Assembly: GCF_001194135.2 (NCBI RefSeq)
Contig: NC_068985.1
Location: forward strand, 90,024,381-90,088,380
From: Octopus bimaculoides
Taxonomy: Eukaryota
DNA length: 64,000 nucleotides
Direction: 5' to 3'
Shown: positions 26,081-40,274 of the stretch, in pieces
How the letters are laid out: every line of letters starts with the position of its first letter
Position numbering within the stretch: the first letter of the stretch is position 1
Notes under the pieces: model-generated
Told to the model about the DNA's origin: nothing
Databases searched by the model: none
The model's input: only the letters and a program-made list of their open reading frames with translations
Program-made: the position numbers and the translations under genes

Positions 26081-26768
26081 TTGTATCTTGGGAACGAACA
26101 ATAACCTGCGAGAATATTTGGTAAATTGGGATTGCGTGGAATCCCCTCGTTCAGAAGCAGAAATAAACAAAACCTCTTCAAGTTTTCCTAACAGAAATGA
26201 TGTTGTAGACTAGTTAAATGTCATTTTGTTTGTTGATTTGTCCTGGAGATTTAATTTTTATTTATGCTTAAAGAAGAAAGCGTAACAAACATTCTTTTAA
26301 TTGTCGATCGAGATGTCAATTTTCACGAACAGTTTATAACGTCAAAAAGACAAACAAACCATGTTTTGAAAACAATTTTTAGCAAGCAAAATTTGCAATA
26401 GAATATTTTAAGTCCAGTTAAATATTTTCGTTTACGTATTCAAATATACATATACATTCTGGTTGAGAAGCAAACTTCTTACCACACTGCTACACCTGTG
26501 CCTAAACATATTGGTGTAAATATCTACAGAACTGTATTCCTACGAATACTTGAACGATGTGTTGTGAGTATGAGTCAAAACGTGCCTTATGCGTCTGCGA
26601 AACAATAAGGCGAAGTTTTCATTAGTGTGTGAAACCTATCTAACTTCACAAAGTTACTAAGTAGAGACATTCTTCCACCCCACCCCCACACAAACACACA
26701 CTCACACACACGCGCACACGCACGCACGCGGTCTCACAGAATCTCACAATCACACATGCGCGTGCAGA

Positions 26769-26801
<33 letters not shown>

Positions 26802-28923
26802 GTATATATACATACTTACATACATGTATGAATGTGTGTACATGTATAGATGTACATATAATTTCACATAGAGCAATGTCTTATACATAATACACACTAA
26901 TTACAATATATTTTGAAATATTCTGTGCCTCAGTATGTATTGATGAATTATTGAATATTTGAAAATATTTCTTTAAAGAAATATTTCCGCTACATTAGAA
27001 AAATATGAATCTTTATATTTAGATAAACAATATTTTTGAAACGATTGCAATTTATTTTTCATATCAATTAGGTTTTTAAGAATTTATTTTTTAAATATAT
27101 TATTTAGAATTGTATGAAATTTTCTGAACCTGAATATAAATCGCCATAGATTTACAACTAGCCTAAAGCAATAGAAATGTTTTCTCCTACAGTATATCCT
27201 GTGGCAGTTTTGTTGGTTTAATAGACTTAGCTAACTATTGTCAATAAATATTCGTTATTTTAATATGGAAAACCTAATCTACAAAAAGTAATCTGATACT
27301 ACAAGGATAGAATTGTAAGTCAGAGACATAAATATGAACCAAAATGCCGAATGCTACACATGGTCCCTCAGCTAACTGAGAACAAAGCTGTCAAAAAAAT
27401 TGACTCACACTAATGATATTCTATTTTAGACCAAACATCTAATGCACACGAAGAATAGGCATGCAGGTCACATCATCTTAGCCACGATCCGCTGGGAAAT
27501 CTGATGATAAAACTTTATCAAATATCGCCAGATCTTTTGTGTTTACGATAAGAGGAAACGATCTTGTCTGAGGCAGGAATGTGTCTTAACTGACCAAACG
27601 AAAAATACATTTTCTGAAGTAAACCATAGTCAGAAAAGTATGTGGCTGCTCAGCAAATCGAGGGCTTCATCAGGGATAATGATGAAGCAAGGCAAAGAGG
27701 GTCATTGGAAATGATCTTCCTGTGTCCTGGTCAGCGACTGGACATGTGACGCTCGAAGTTATCAGGTACAAGTACTATGTTATGAGAAGCGCTTTCTGAA
27801 AAAAAACACCACTACCCTATGTAGCCCGTCATTTTCTATTTCTTCTCGGAAAACAACAATTTAGCCAATATCAAAAGTATGAAGTGGATTAACGAGAGAT
27901 GACTTTGCACCAGCGCCACTAATTTTCCCACTGTTATGTACGCCATGATTCTATCCTCTCTGCCGGTCATGATAGTCATGGTATTACCATCGGTGCAGGG
28001 CCTACACCGAAATGGTGGAGATGATTGTCTAGACCAAAATTGAAAGAATTACTCGGAGAGACTGCATATATCCCAGCAATACTCTGCTCGACCCAGGGGT
28101 CAATGGTCTAAAATCTGATTTAAATGCATATGGACTACAGCATACGGAACGTCGCTGATAAAGAGATGGTCAATTATGTTTAATATACCAAGGACGCCTT
28201 GATATCTACCATTAGGGAAGTTATGGTCAATATGAGAGTAGATCGATTGAACAATGTGTTTAGTAGTTTTAGAAGCAGTATCGAAGCAATAACAAAAGCT
28301 GAATAATTTTTTTTTCCTAATAAATAATTTTTGTTTTCCTTAACCTGAAATCCTGTTCTCAAATGGATGTAGCATTCTCTGTCTGTCTATTTCTCTCTCT
28401 TTCTCACTTACTCTCTCTCTCTTTATTTTCTCTCTCGCGTTCTTATCTACTCCGTATTTCGAAGGTAGGGACAAGACGCGACTTCGTTTAAACAGTCCTT
28501 CCTGCAAAGCAATTTAAATAAAATTTGGGATTTTTCACGGAGGGTTAAAACTACGGAACATATCTTCACATATATTTCCAAAAACTACTAACTGGTGAAG
28601 AACTTCAGTAAAATTATGAGTTGCTCAGGTGTCGATAAACACCTTAACATTTCTCAGACAATCAATTCTAACCTTGAAATTTGGTGATGCCTCTTTTGCA
28701 GAAACGCTCCAAAAGTTAAACTTAAACTGTACATACAGTTTCAAAGGAATATCAGAAGACATTTAAAGCATATTTTAAGAATAATTTAATATTTGTCTTA
28801 TCATACATTCCGTTGAGATAAAAGCTAAGTTGGTACTATGCAGTGTTATGCAGACCGTGTGCCATGTATAATGTATTTATTTGAGTGTGTGTATGCATGT
28901 ATGCTTATGCTTTCATATGTGTG

Positions 28924-28980
<57 letters not shown>

Positions 28981-29062
28981 TTCTACACACATACACACAG
29001 AATGTGACAGCTATAACGTAGTCATTCAAATGTATACCTACATGGATACATACATGCACCTA

Positions 29063-29112
<50 letters not shown>

Positions 29113-31281
29113 CGTAAATATATGCATATGTATATATGTTCTTATATCTGTGCAAAAGCATGTATATGATCACATTACGATTATAGAACGTATGTATAAA
29201 AATATATCTAACTGCAAGGAAGATGATATCTATACAATTAAAATAAAATGGAAATGAATTAGGCGGATAGAGTTTGAATGCGTTGAGTTTAATTGAAGTA
29301 TGCAAGTGGTTTGGAGATATAATTAGATGAGACATGAAAGTTTCCCTGCGGGTGATGAAATAATCTGGATGTATCGAGAGTAGATAATTAAACTCAAATA
29401 AGTTAGCAGAGATATTTTGTGAAATGGTTAGTTCAAAAGTTAGCATGATTTAAATTGTAGAGGAGGTGACTGTCGTCTGCTATAAAAGATTATGTACGTC
29501 AACCGTCTGGCAGTTAAGTGGATTATCAAAAGCTATCTGAAAACGATGAAAATATATGGCGGTAATTATGGAAAAAGAGAACGATAAATCTGTTTATTGA
29601 AGCATTAAAATATATAGTATGTCTGCTCTGACACTTCAGTAAGTTTGAAAACTTTGAAACGCTATGGATGAGATTGGAACGGCATAACAGATTTTCTCAC
29701 ATTAAACATATTTGAATTGCAATTAATGGATTCATTGAACGAAGTGCAATTTTATGAGTCTCTTTGAAATTAATATCAAAGTCTACCTCTGCAAATATTT
29801 GGTAACCAAAATTAAATATTCATTAAGTAAAGCCTGATTGCGATGATTGCGTCCTTTTGAAATATCGTGTTTACAAATATAATAAGCTAAAGAAAACAAA
29901 AGTAGTTGAAACTTAGAATGAAACTAATTTTTCGCGAACATAAACTTATGTGAAGTTCAGAAAAAATTCGTAATATGTTATTGAATGCAAATTTCCTACT
30001 TAATATTTTATACACCTCATGTTATATATGAATTTATAGCATACGAGGCCTGTTTTTGTACATGGTATGTGGCCGTATGCATAATCACATTTAAACACAT
30101 GTGCAAGTAAATAATTATAGTTTGGTAAAAAAATATTTCTCCGATGTAATTATGTATTTACTGATAACTCATATTATAGACACGTGAAATTACTAATAAG
30201 TGCAATCGCACACACACACACATATATGTATGTAAATGTATATANNNNNNNNNNNNNNNNNNNNNNNNNNNNNNNNNNNNNNNNNNNNNNNNNNNNNNNN
30301 NNNNNNNNNNNNNNNNNNNNNNNNNNNNNNNNNNNNNNNNNNNNNNNNNNNNNNNNNNNNNNNNNNNNNNNNNNNNNNNNNNNNNNNNNNNNNNNNNNNN
30401 NNNNNNNNNNNNNNNNNNNNNNNNNNNNNNNNNNNNNNNNNNNNNNNNNNNNNNNNNNNNNNNNNNNNNNNNNNNNNNNNNNNNNNNNNNNNNNNNNNNN
30501 NNNNNNNNNNNNNNNNNNNNNNNNNNNNNNNNNNNNNNNNNNNNNNNNNNNNNNNNNNNNNNNNNNNNNNNNNNNNNNNNNNNNNNNNNNNNNNNNNNNN
30601 TATATATATACATATACATATATATATATATATATGTATGTATGTATGTATGTATATGTATATACATACATGCACACACACCTACACATATACACGGGAC
30701 AGTCAGACCTCAAAACACATTGAGAAAATGAGCCAAAAGGATTAGTATGATAGAAGCGACAGAATATCTCGTGAAGGGATACAAGTTCCATGTCGCTTCG
30801 TGTCATTAATGACAAATACACCTCATATCTAAGTGACTCTATTCCTTGGAACGAAGGGAAGTCTAGTATCGAGAACGTTACTGTCCTATGTGAAAGGTAA
30901 CTACATTTTATAGGCTTATTCAAACCTGATTTTCACAGTCCTTACAAACGTCGCAAATGATGTAACACAACTCCCGATGGAATTATGCACGTTTGCTGAG
31001 TAGAACAACCTGAAATTCTATGAGATTATCTCAATAAAGGTATAAACTCTGAAATGAAGAAAAACATGATTCATTTAAATTCAAAGACTGGTGGAAATAT
31101 TCTGTGAGATCGCAAAGCTCGCTGATTCGTGTGAAAACATTAATTATCAAGATTGACACCCTGGAAAAAGATTAAATGGAATAGATTGATACCCAATGAA
31201 AAGTATGAACACGAGCCATCTTGATCATTCAAAACAAATCAAAACTGCGTATTTCTTATACAGTAAATAAACACAAACACG

Positions 31282-31394
<113 letters not shown>

Positions 31395-31626
31395 CATAGT
31401 GTACAAACAATTTAGGTATTTATACACAAAAGAGCTGACATTTAAGAGGACACCCTACAAGTTGCAAAGGGCAGTTAAAGCCCAAAACACGAATAACAGC
31501 AATTTCAAAAGGAATGAAAATAAAATAGTTTTGTAGTTACCCTGGGACACGAGTCTTTGCATCAATCTCCAAATGAATTAATTTACCATCCGAACTTCTT
31601 CAGCATTCCAGAAGAAAGTCTGCTCT

Positions 31627-31820
31627 AAGCGTAGTTCTCAGGAATATAGAGAGTGACACAGAATGTGACAAGGCTAAAGTCTTGAATTACACGTGCAATT
31701 CGTTTTTGATAACTAGAGCAATGTCAAATAAAGTGCCTTGCTCAAGGACACAGCATGCTACCAAGAATGGAAATCACGATCTTAAGAGTGTGAGCCGAAT
31801 ACTCTATCCATTCAGACACG
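31627..31820 (-). mobile_element. SINE family 3 variant fragment with CORE-like segment
   Basis: gtagttctc...gtgacacagaatgtgacaaggct is shared with 53637-53986. Minus strand has GTGTCCTTGAGCAAGGCACTTTA (CORE-like). Confidence 0.6.
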
Positions 31821-32044
31821 GATATTTATTAAGACCAACAGCATTGGTTATCCTGAAAATATTTTAACGTATTTTATGCAGACTTTCAAGGTCAGTGTAC
31901 GAAGAGAGGAATAGAAAAATGAGTTTAATTTGAATGTAGGTCAAGTCTAATGAATGCCATTCAGAACAAGTCATCTATTGGAAAAGTACGTAGATAATAA
32001 TCTACATATATACAAGTGTGTGTGTATGTGTGTATATATGTATA

Positions 32045-32076
<32 letters not shown>

Positions 32077-32097
32077 TACATACATACATATATATAT

Positions 32098-32129
<32 letters not shown>

Positions 32130-32335
32130 ATGTGTGTTTGTGTGTGTGTGTATGTCTGTGTGTGTGTGTGTAAAAGCATAATTTTAAGTGAATGAATAGC
32201 TTTACAATTTGCTTATTGCATTGTGAAATTCACTATATTTTATTGATTTGAAACTTTGAATGATGTTTCAAACCTATAAATATTTATTTACCCAAGAATT
32301 TCAATTCAATTTCACTATCTTTCTGTCTTTCTCCT

Positions 32336-32348
32336 CTCTGTCTCTCTC

Positions 32349-32405
<57 letters not shown>

Positions 32406-32546
32406 CTATCTTTCTCCTCTCTCTCTCTCTATTTCTATCTACATAGATATTTTCAAATATATAAATGTATACGTACACATATATATGCATACACACACAC
32501 AGATAGATAGATTGATCGATAAATAGACACAAAAAAGGAAGAAAGT

Positions 32547-32604
<58 letters not shown>

Positions 32605-32605
32605 T

Positions 32606-32658
<53 letters not shown>
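32336..32658. repeat. (TC)n, (AAAG)n and (GATA)n microsatellites
   Basis: Seen directly. Confidence 0.95.
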
Positions 32659-32659
<1 letters not shown>

Positions 32660-33230
32660 GCCCTGGTTATTAAGCAGCATTTTTCATGTTTTCTACAAAC
32701 ATGATATCGTTTCTCTCTGTACATACATACATCTAATGCATTTATTTGTTATTAACATTCATTGAGTCTTGTTACCGGCTCCAAATATATATGTTTAAAA
32801 GTACAAAAGTCATGAAGCATAAATTTACATATTACACAGCAAATTATATATATTTGTGAGTGTGTGTCTTCCTGTGTACCTAATGTTGATCGAGTGGAAA
32901 TCTTCTAACTGGAGTTTAAGAATAAATAAATACCGTCAATAGTATTCAAACACATGAAATCGTGTAAATGTGTTTTCCTAGGACATATAAGTTTTTTTTC
33001 CGTCGGTGTGCATATTTCCGATGTCATCATCTGTGTAAAATCTAATGGTAGCAAGTAAATATACCGCTTTATTTCAATAGAAACAATAAAAACACAAAAT
33101 AATATAGAGTTCTTCATACGTTAGTGAAAGATCCGGCGGAAACGAAATGTGCTTCATAAAATTGCTCTGGTTGTTTCGTTTCGATTCTCCGTCATAGACA
33201 AATATGCACACATGTGTATTCAATTGATAT

Positions 33231-33375
33231 AGACTATATCTATATCATTTTCCTTATGAATGTCATGAAAACACCTCACAGCATTGGCGTTGTTATCTCA
33301 TTTTGAGATAACAACGCCAAGGGTGTGAGGGGTTTTCATGACATTTATAGGGAAAAAAAGATAGAGATATAGTCT
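33231..33375. repeat. 145-nt fold-back hairpin (70/72-nt arms, TTT loop), copy 1
   Basis: agactatatc...ttggcgttgttatctca-ttt-tgagataacaacgccaa...gatatagtct. The arms differ at a handful of positions. Confidence 0.9.
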
Positions 33376-33614
33376 TACAGCTGTTTCTGGAAAACGGCTA
33401 TCAGACTATATCTAGTATGTAAGACAATATCTACACATCTTTCCTTATAAGTGTCTTGGAAACTCCTCACAACCTTGCTTTTGTTATCTCATTTTGTCTA
33501 ATATATATATATATATATATATANNNNNNNNNNNNNNNNNNNNNNNNNNNNNNNNNNNNNNNNNNNNNNNNNNNNNNNNNNNNNNNNNNNNNCACATGTG
33601 TATTCAATTGATAT

Positions 33615-33759
33615 AGACTATATCTATATCATTTTCCTTATGAATGTCATGAAAACACCTCACAGCATTGGCGTTGTTATCTCATTTTGAGATAACAACG
33701 CCAAGGGTGTGAGGGGTTTTCATGACATTTATAGGGAAAAAAAGATAGAGATATAGTCT
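33615..33759. repeat. Same fold-back hairpin, copy 2 (block 33593-33774 identical to 33209-33390)
   Basis: Base-for-base identical block on the other side of gap 33524-33592; possibly an assembly overlap. Confidence 0.9.
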
Positions 33760-33805
33760 TACAGCTGTTTCTGGGAAGATCCAGTACTTCCCTTCATCGG
33801 AGACA
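33755..33805 (-). ncRNA. Minimal type I hammerhead (U4C variant) in the left pLTR
   Basis: Exact reverse complement of 37391-37441. Predicted cleavage is between 33760 and 33759. Confidence 0.7.
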
Positions 33806-34109
33806 GAAAAAATAAAGTAATCTATTATTATATCCATACTTTTAGTATGAAGTGGTAAAGAGTGTGATGTGCTGAAAAAAGAGAGAACAGTACTTGCAGT
33901 GTAGTTTCATTCCAGTGGTAAATATCCGTGTAGAAATCCGTGCAAAGTAATCCTTGTGTGGATAATCCGGAAATTTATGTTGGAGCGAAAGTTGATATTG
34001 CATAGATAGCAGAGATACATATATTCCATATTACGATGGGTTTTTGCTTGTTTACTTCAAGAATGGCCATGTCATGTGAAAAGTGAGCGGTAATTAGGTC
34101 AAGTCATGA

Positions 34110-36599
34110 TAACCAGACATATAGAAACGACTCAAGTACCAGTAAATTCAATCTCACATCATATAATAATCCTCCACATAACCCTCACCTTGAAAAATTT
34201 GAAACGGACATGATTAATTTAATAAAAAACATTAAATTGTCTAAGTCCAATTCTAACTTACAAAAAAAGTTTTCACAAACCATAAAAAGAATTTCTAATT
34301 CCCCTAAGTTACATGTGCTTTCGGACAAAACAGGAAACTTATATCCCATTACAGTGGAGGAATACATCAAATTCATTAGAAACCAATTAAACAGGTCCTA
34401 CAAGCTGGCATCAACATCCGCCTTAAATGAGGTCAACACCAGCCACTGCAGAATAATGAAGAAGCTAAAAGTGGACGACAGAGCAGAACCGTACTGCCCC
34501 ACACCTCCACACTTCAACCTCAAGGATCACAAAAAGGACTTCCATACAAAACTTCGATTTGTTTAATATGCCCTACAAAATCCGACCTCAGAAGAATTAG
34601 TAAAAAACATTTTAGACAGGATAATACCAATCGTCAAGGAGAAACTACACGCAAATCTATCGTATCACACTGGGGAGGTCATCACATGGTTCCACACCCT
34701 GGAGAACAAACACTCCTTTTCGTTCCTCCAATTCGATATCAACAATTATTACTCATCTATATCTCCTCAGCTTTTAAATAGGGCCATTCTTTTCGCCAGG
34801 AATCTTACTAATATTACACCTTTAGAAATTAACATTATAATCAACGCTCGCAAAACTCTTATAGCTTTCGAAAACAAGCTCTGGTGCCGAGCTAATCAAC
34901 ATACTAATAGCTCTAACAAATTATTTGATGTAACCATGGGTTCTTCCGATTGAGCACAGGCCACGGATTTAGTTGGATTGTACATACTCCACCAATTAAT
35001 ATCACACTTCCCTAACATCCATGGTGGTCTATATAGGGATGACGCTTTACTTATTACCAAGACTACTAACAGATCTTCCATTGAGAGGACAAAAAAGGAT
35101 CTACACAAATTTTTCGCAGGTATGAATCTATCAATAACATTTGAAAACGCATACAAAACGGCTAACTTCTTGGATGTTTCTCTGAACCTATCTAACTCGC
35201 AACACTCCTCCTAACATAAACCCAACCAGTACCTTAAATACCTCAATATTCAATCTAATCATCACATATCTACTTTCGATAACATAATCATAGGGATCTC
35301 TACCCGCTTATCTGATCTATCCTCTTCTGAAGAAATATTTAACAATCACGATCCATACTACAACCAAGCACTAGCGGCTAGTGGTTTCTCACAACAATTA
35401 AAATACACCCATAACACCAGACTTAAACACTTTATATCACAAATCGCACCCCAAAGACATAACATCAATCACAACCACAACCAACCACCCACGTATCCAA
35501 TCAGACCCCACAATCACACCTATAACACTAGGGCCAAATCTAAGATGTTTAAATCAGCTAGCCCTACCATACGTATAGACAACTGCCCTCCACTTAAACA
35601 CCTTAATTACAACATGCACAGAAACCCCCAAAAAGCGGTGGCCGCTCCATCCTGTGGTACACCACCATTCTCTCTTGACACTAGGAACCTAGCCAAATCT
35701 TTCTTTAAAATACTAGATTCTAACTTCCCATGACAACACAAATACCACTCTATATTCAACAGATCCACTTTAAAATTATCGTATTCCACCACTCTTAACT
35801 TTGAATCTATTATAGCAGCTTCTAACACACATAAACTCTCGCTCTATTACCAAAACCTAAGCAACCGTAACTATGGTAGCACTAGCACCCGACCCACACA
35901 TACACCCAACACGGACATCAATATACGTTCTTCTAACACTAACGCTCGTACGCTGGAACAAAACCACAATGGATCCCAACCCATCAATATTCTAGACAAT
36001 AACAATACCAATAATAACACTGATAGGACAAATAGCCATAACAATAATTCCACTGATCTAGATTCCTACACATCCCCTAATAACATAACCTCCAATAATA
36101 TTAACTCAACCACAAGCATACGCAACCCTCTAACCTCCTACACTTGTAACTGTCGCTCCGGGACTATTTGTACGCTTCAAACACATTGCGTAAGATACAA
36201 TGTAATATATAAATGCACCGTGAAAAATCTATTACACAACTCTACTGCCACGTACATCGGTGCAACTATAAACTTTAAACATCGCTACGCAGCCCATATG
36301 CACTCTTTTAGATACGACAAACACAGTAAATCTACAACATTAGCCAATCATATTCATCACATCAAAAACAAAAATACCAATACACCTTAAAATGGTCCAT
36401 CTTAGATTCTGGAACTCCATACCAGGGCCAGCGCTTTAAATGCAAGCTTTGCCTAACGGAGGTGTTCCATATTTTAAAATACAATTCTCCCACTCTACTT
36501 AATCGATATAACGAAGCGTTTAGCAACTTCAACCACCGCTCTTTTCACACATTTAGGTTCTATCACAAGCAAAATTGCACAAACGATCACGCAACATAA
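34110..36599 (+). pseudogene. PLE reverse transcriptase - GIY-YIG endonuclease ORF, disrupted
   Basis: RT motifs: SDKTGNLY, LKDHK, QFDINNYYSSIS, FDVTMGSSD*AQATDLVGLYIL, GLYRDD, NFLDV. EN region from 36145: CNCRSGTIC...NVIYKCTV...TYIGAT...FKHRYAAH...WSIL...CKLCLTE...LLN. Stops at 34951 (TGA), 35212 (TAA) and ~35731 (TGA), plus several frameshifts. Confidence 0.92.
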
Positions 36600-37390
36600 T
36601 CGCAAGACCCCCTACAGGCAACCTATTCAACCTGGCAAAAATATCCATCTTTCACAATCTTTTGAATAGGATTATTTCCTTTCGATCATCTCACGACGCA
36701 TATACCACCAAATCTATTTCTTCTATTCTCAAATTCACAAGAACACCACCGACGCATACAGACTACGTCACTTCTCTCAATCCCTTTCCACCGTCTCTAA
36801 ATAGGCTTGGCAGCATCCTAAAATATGATACTACTAACTACCTTTCCCACCCATCCCTTCCCTTTATCTCTGTCCTTGATTTATCACTCATTACCCCCAC
36901 CACATATATACTACACACACGCATTCCATCCTACTCACTACACCTTTTAACACCATCCCCCTATTCCTCCTTCACTCTATATGCTCATCCCCTCTACCCT
37001 GTTAAGACCGACTGACTATAAATATATCGCTACCATCCTCCGCCGTATCTCTCCCCTATCCCCTTTCACATTCTGTCTTCATGACTTGACCTAATTACCG
37101 CTCACTTTTTACTTGACTTGGCAATTCTTCAAGTAAACAAGCAAAACTCCATCGCAATATGGAATATATGTACCTCTGCTATCTATGCTATATCATCTTT
37201 CGCTCCGACATAAATTTCCGGATTATCCACACAAGGATTACTTTGCACGAATTTCTACACGGATATTTACCACTGGAATGAAACTACGCTTCAAGTACTG
37301 TTCTCTCTTTTTTCAGCACATCACACTTTTTACCACTTCATACTAAAAATATCCGTCTATGGATAAAATAATAGATTACTTTATTTTTTC

Positions 37391-37441
37391 TGTCTCCGAT
37401 GAAGGGAAGTACTGGATCTTCCCAGAAACAGCTGTAAGACT
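37391..37441 (+). ncRNA. Minimal type I hammerhead (U4C variant) in the right pLTR
   Basis: Reads GUCU-CCGAUGA-A-GGGAAG-UACUGGAU-CUUCCC-A-GAAAC-AGCU-GUA^AGAC. Stem I has 4 bp, stem II 6 bp, and stem III is the palindrome ACAGCUGU. Predicted cleavage is after 37436. Confidence 0.72.
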
Positions 37442-37813
37442 CTATCCATAAAATACTTCTCCAACCTTACCTTTGCTCTCTTTATCGTTTTGTTTTTACA
37501 TATTTACATATACACACGCTAATACACGACTTATAATACCCAATCCTGTTCATACAACGACTGGGGCAAACTAGTCGGTATACAGCGCTTACTCGGTATT
37601 ACCTATATCCTCCTGGGTTTGGTTAAATCCAATACCCTCGTCAACCTTATNNNNNNNNNNNNNNNNNNNNNNNNNNNNNNNNNNNNNNNNNNNNNNNNNN
37701 NNNNNNNNNNNNNNNNNNNNNNNNNNNNNNNNNNNNNNNNNNNNNNNNNNNNNNNNNNNNNNNNNNNNNNNNNNNNNNNNNNNNNNNNNNNNNNNNNNNN
37801 NNNNNNNNNNNNN

Positions 37814-37849
<36 letters not shown>

Positions 37850-39368
37850 CATATATATACAAATACGCACACACACACACATACACACACATACACACAC
37901 ACACACACACATATGCTCTGTATAGTGTGCGGTGGAAGCCTTCTAAGGTAAAGAAATCACTGACCTCAGATATCCAGTAAATTGCTGTTATTCATGATGG
38001 AAGCTTTAGAATTTCACCCTGACGGAAGATTGGGCGTTGGAGCCCCTGAAGCAGTTCTACATTGTGCACGACCTTGTTGTAGCAACTCATTCGACGTCGC
38101 TGGTACAAAATTCTAGCGATCGTACTGTTCCTTTGAAACTATCAGTGAATTGGAGAGGTGGACCCGCTCCATGGGAAGCATTCTGTTCTCTATACCAAAC
38201 CTCCCAAGTTTGCATCGTATCGAATAGCATATGAGGGATGGCATGAATGCAGCAGAGGGGAGACAAATCGACAAAAAACGAGCATTACAACTCAAACAGA
38301 AATGGGACAGCCCAGACGTGTGTCTTCCGTGACAAATAATGCTATTCAAGTGTAGTACTGTTCAGTCGCACAACATTTTGTTCCGGTGAGGCAGGCAATT
38401 AGGACTTCCCCTCTGTTAATTAATGACAACCAACGGTCAATTCCTTGTGATCGATACTTTCGTTGAACATTTTCAAAACTTCTTAATCATTTCCTTGTGT
38501 TTTTATGCAGAATATATATTAAAAATAGACTTTGTATCATCTAACGTTGACATTTGCTAGTTCACTAAGACAATGAATATTATTTCGAAACATTACATGA
38601 AATGTGTTGGGACTAAATTATAATGTAAATTGAAAGCTGTATGCAATATATTCGATAATATCTAGTTTCGTGATGTTTTACTCAAAGTAAACCAAAGTCT
38701 CTATTATTATACACTGACCTTTCTTAATATCAATCTTACATATTTTCTATCGTAAAATGCTGCTGCACTTATTGGTACTTTTTTTTTTATTATTAAGACG
38801 AGTGCACAGAGGTGAATTAATATCATGAGATAGAGATAACCTATTTTGAGCACTTTGGTAACAGCAAAAGAAATTAGTAGAGCAAAATTATTGTTAATGT
38901 ATTAATGGAAATATCTTTGAGAATTCTTCCCTAGCAAAAGCTACAAGACGTGTCGCAAGTGCTAATGCAATTTGGAATGCAGATTTATGCATAATAGAGA
39001 GCAAACTGCGACACAATACAGAGAGGAAATTACATTTCATAACAGCTGTTCAACTCAGTTTTCCCACCGCTTCTCTTTTACAGACGTTCATATGCACGAG
39101 CACGCGTGCGCGCAAACACGCATATGCACATATACACACACACATGCACACACGCAAACACACAACAAAATGTACATAGATAGACAGATTAATAGTTCCA
39201 TACTTATATCTATATATGTATATATAGTTTGTTCGCTAGATTAGGACGGTTTAAATGGTAGGGATTTCAAGACACATGTAATAAACGTAAAATGCTACAC
39301 TCAACGAAAGAAATTCTTGTTTCCACTCATGTATAATTGTTAACGAATAGACATGCAAATTTCACCCA

Positions 39369-39406
<38 letters not shown>

Positions 39407-40096
39407 GCGCGCGCATGAGTTAAGATACATAGAATATATGTGTTTGCTATTTGCAAAATGAAAATTGTTTCGCAATTCTGTTCCAAAATTAGTTCCTTAG
39501 CCTAAACCATTCTACGTATCACCATTATTAAAATTCTATATTCAAGACACAACAATTGCCTCACTTCCACAAAATACGATTCTCAAATAAAGAGCGTCTA
39601 GTTTGAATAGTAAGTTAATCAGTTTATTTGTAATAATACTGATAGGACATATTCAAGGATTCAGGAACTTTGTGAGATTTTCGCCGGTAATATCATATAA
39701 TTGAAACCGGCAGACAAGATAAGTCTAGCAATAATAAAATTTTATATTAATAATCCTGAAGATTAATATAGAAATCCATCAGGAATATTTTCAAACGATT
39801 TACCACTTGAGTAAGCATATTTCAAATATAACAGCTTGGTTACATAAATATATATGTAGATATATCTAGATAATAGCTAGCCTGTAAATAGATTCATCAC
39901 AACTATATAAAACAAAAGTAGAGAAAAGAAAAAAAGTTCCATCACAGATTCGTCTATCTAAAACGAAACGAATTCTCGTGAAATGGAAAGTAATTTAGTC
40001 AATATCAGCCTCGATATAGAATTAACTGTATTTAAATAATACGCCAAACTTTCACCGATATATTCACATTTCAGGTACTATTAATTCATGTATGCA

Positions 40097-40127
<31 letters not shown>

Positions 40128-40274
40128 ATGTTCGTGTATGTGTGTGCGTCCGTATAAATATATGCACATATCTATATGCTTGTGTATGTGTGTATGTGTA
40201 TATGTAAGTATCATATACATACGTATCAACACATATAACAAGTACGTATACACATATGTATTTATTAACTGTTA

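Larger units (their letters stand above)
33755..37441 (+). mobile_element. Penelope-like retroelement, 5'-truncated, with inverted pseudo-LTRs
   Basis: Inverted arms 33755-34109 and 37079-37441 flank a disrupted RT + GIY-YIG ORF. Each arm ends in a hammerhead motif. Confidence 0.92.

Noticed and set aside
33209-33390. Perfect 182-bp direct repeat as a biological duplication or CRISPR-like repeat
   Set aside because: The second copy starts exactly at a gap edge and is identical, so a contig overlap is the simpler explanation. No spacer array.
34951-34953. In-frame TGA in PLE RT as selenocysteine recoding (reported for some Naiad PLEs)
   Set aside because: It replaces a conserved Gly, and the ORF also has a TAA stop and frameshifts, so this is ordinary decay.
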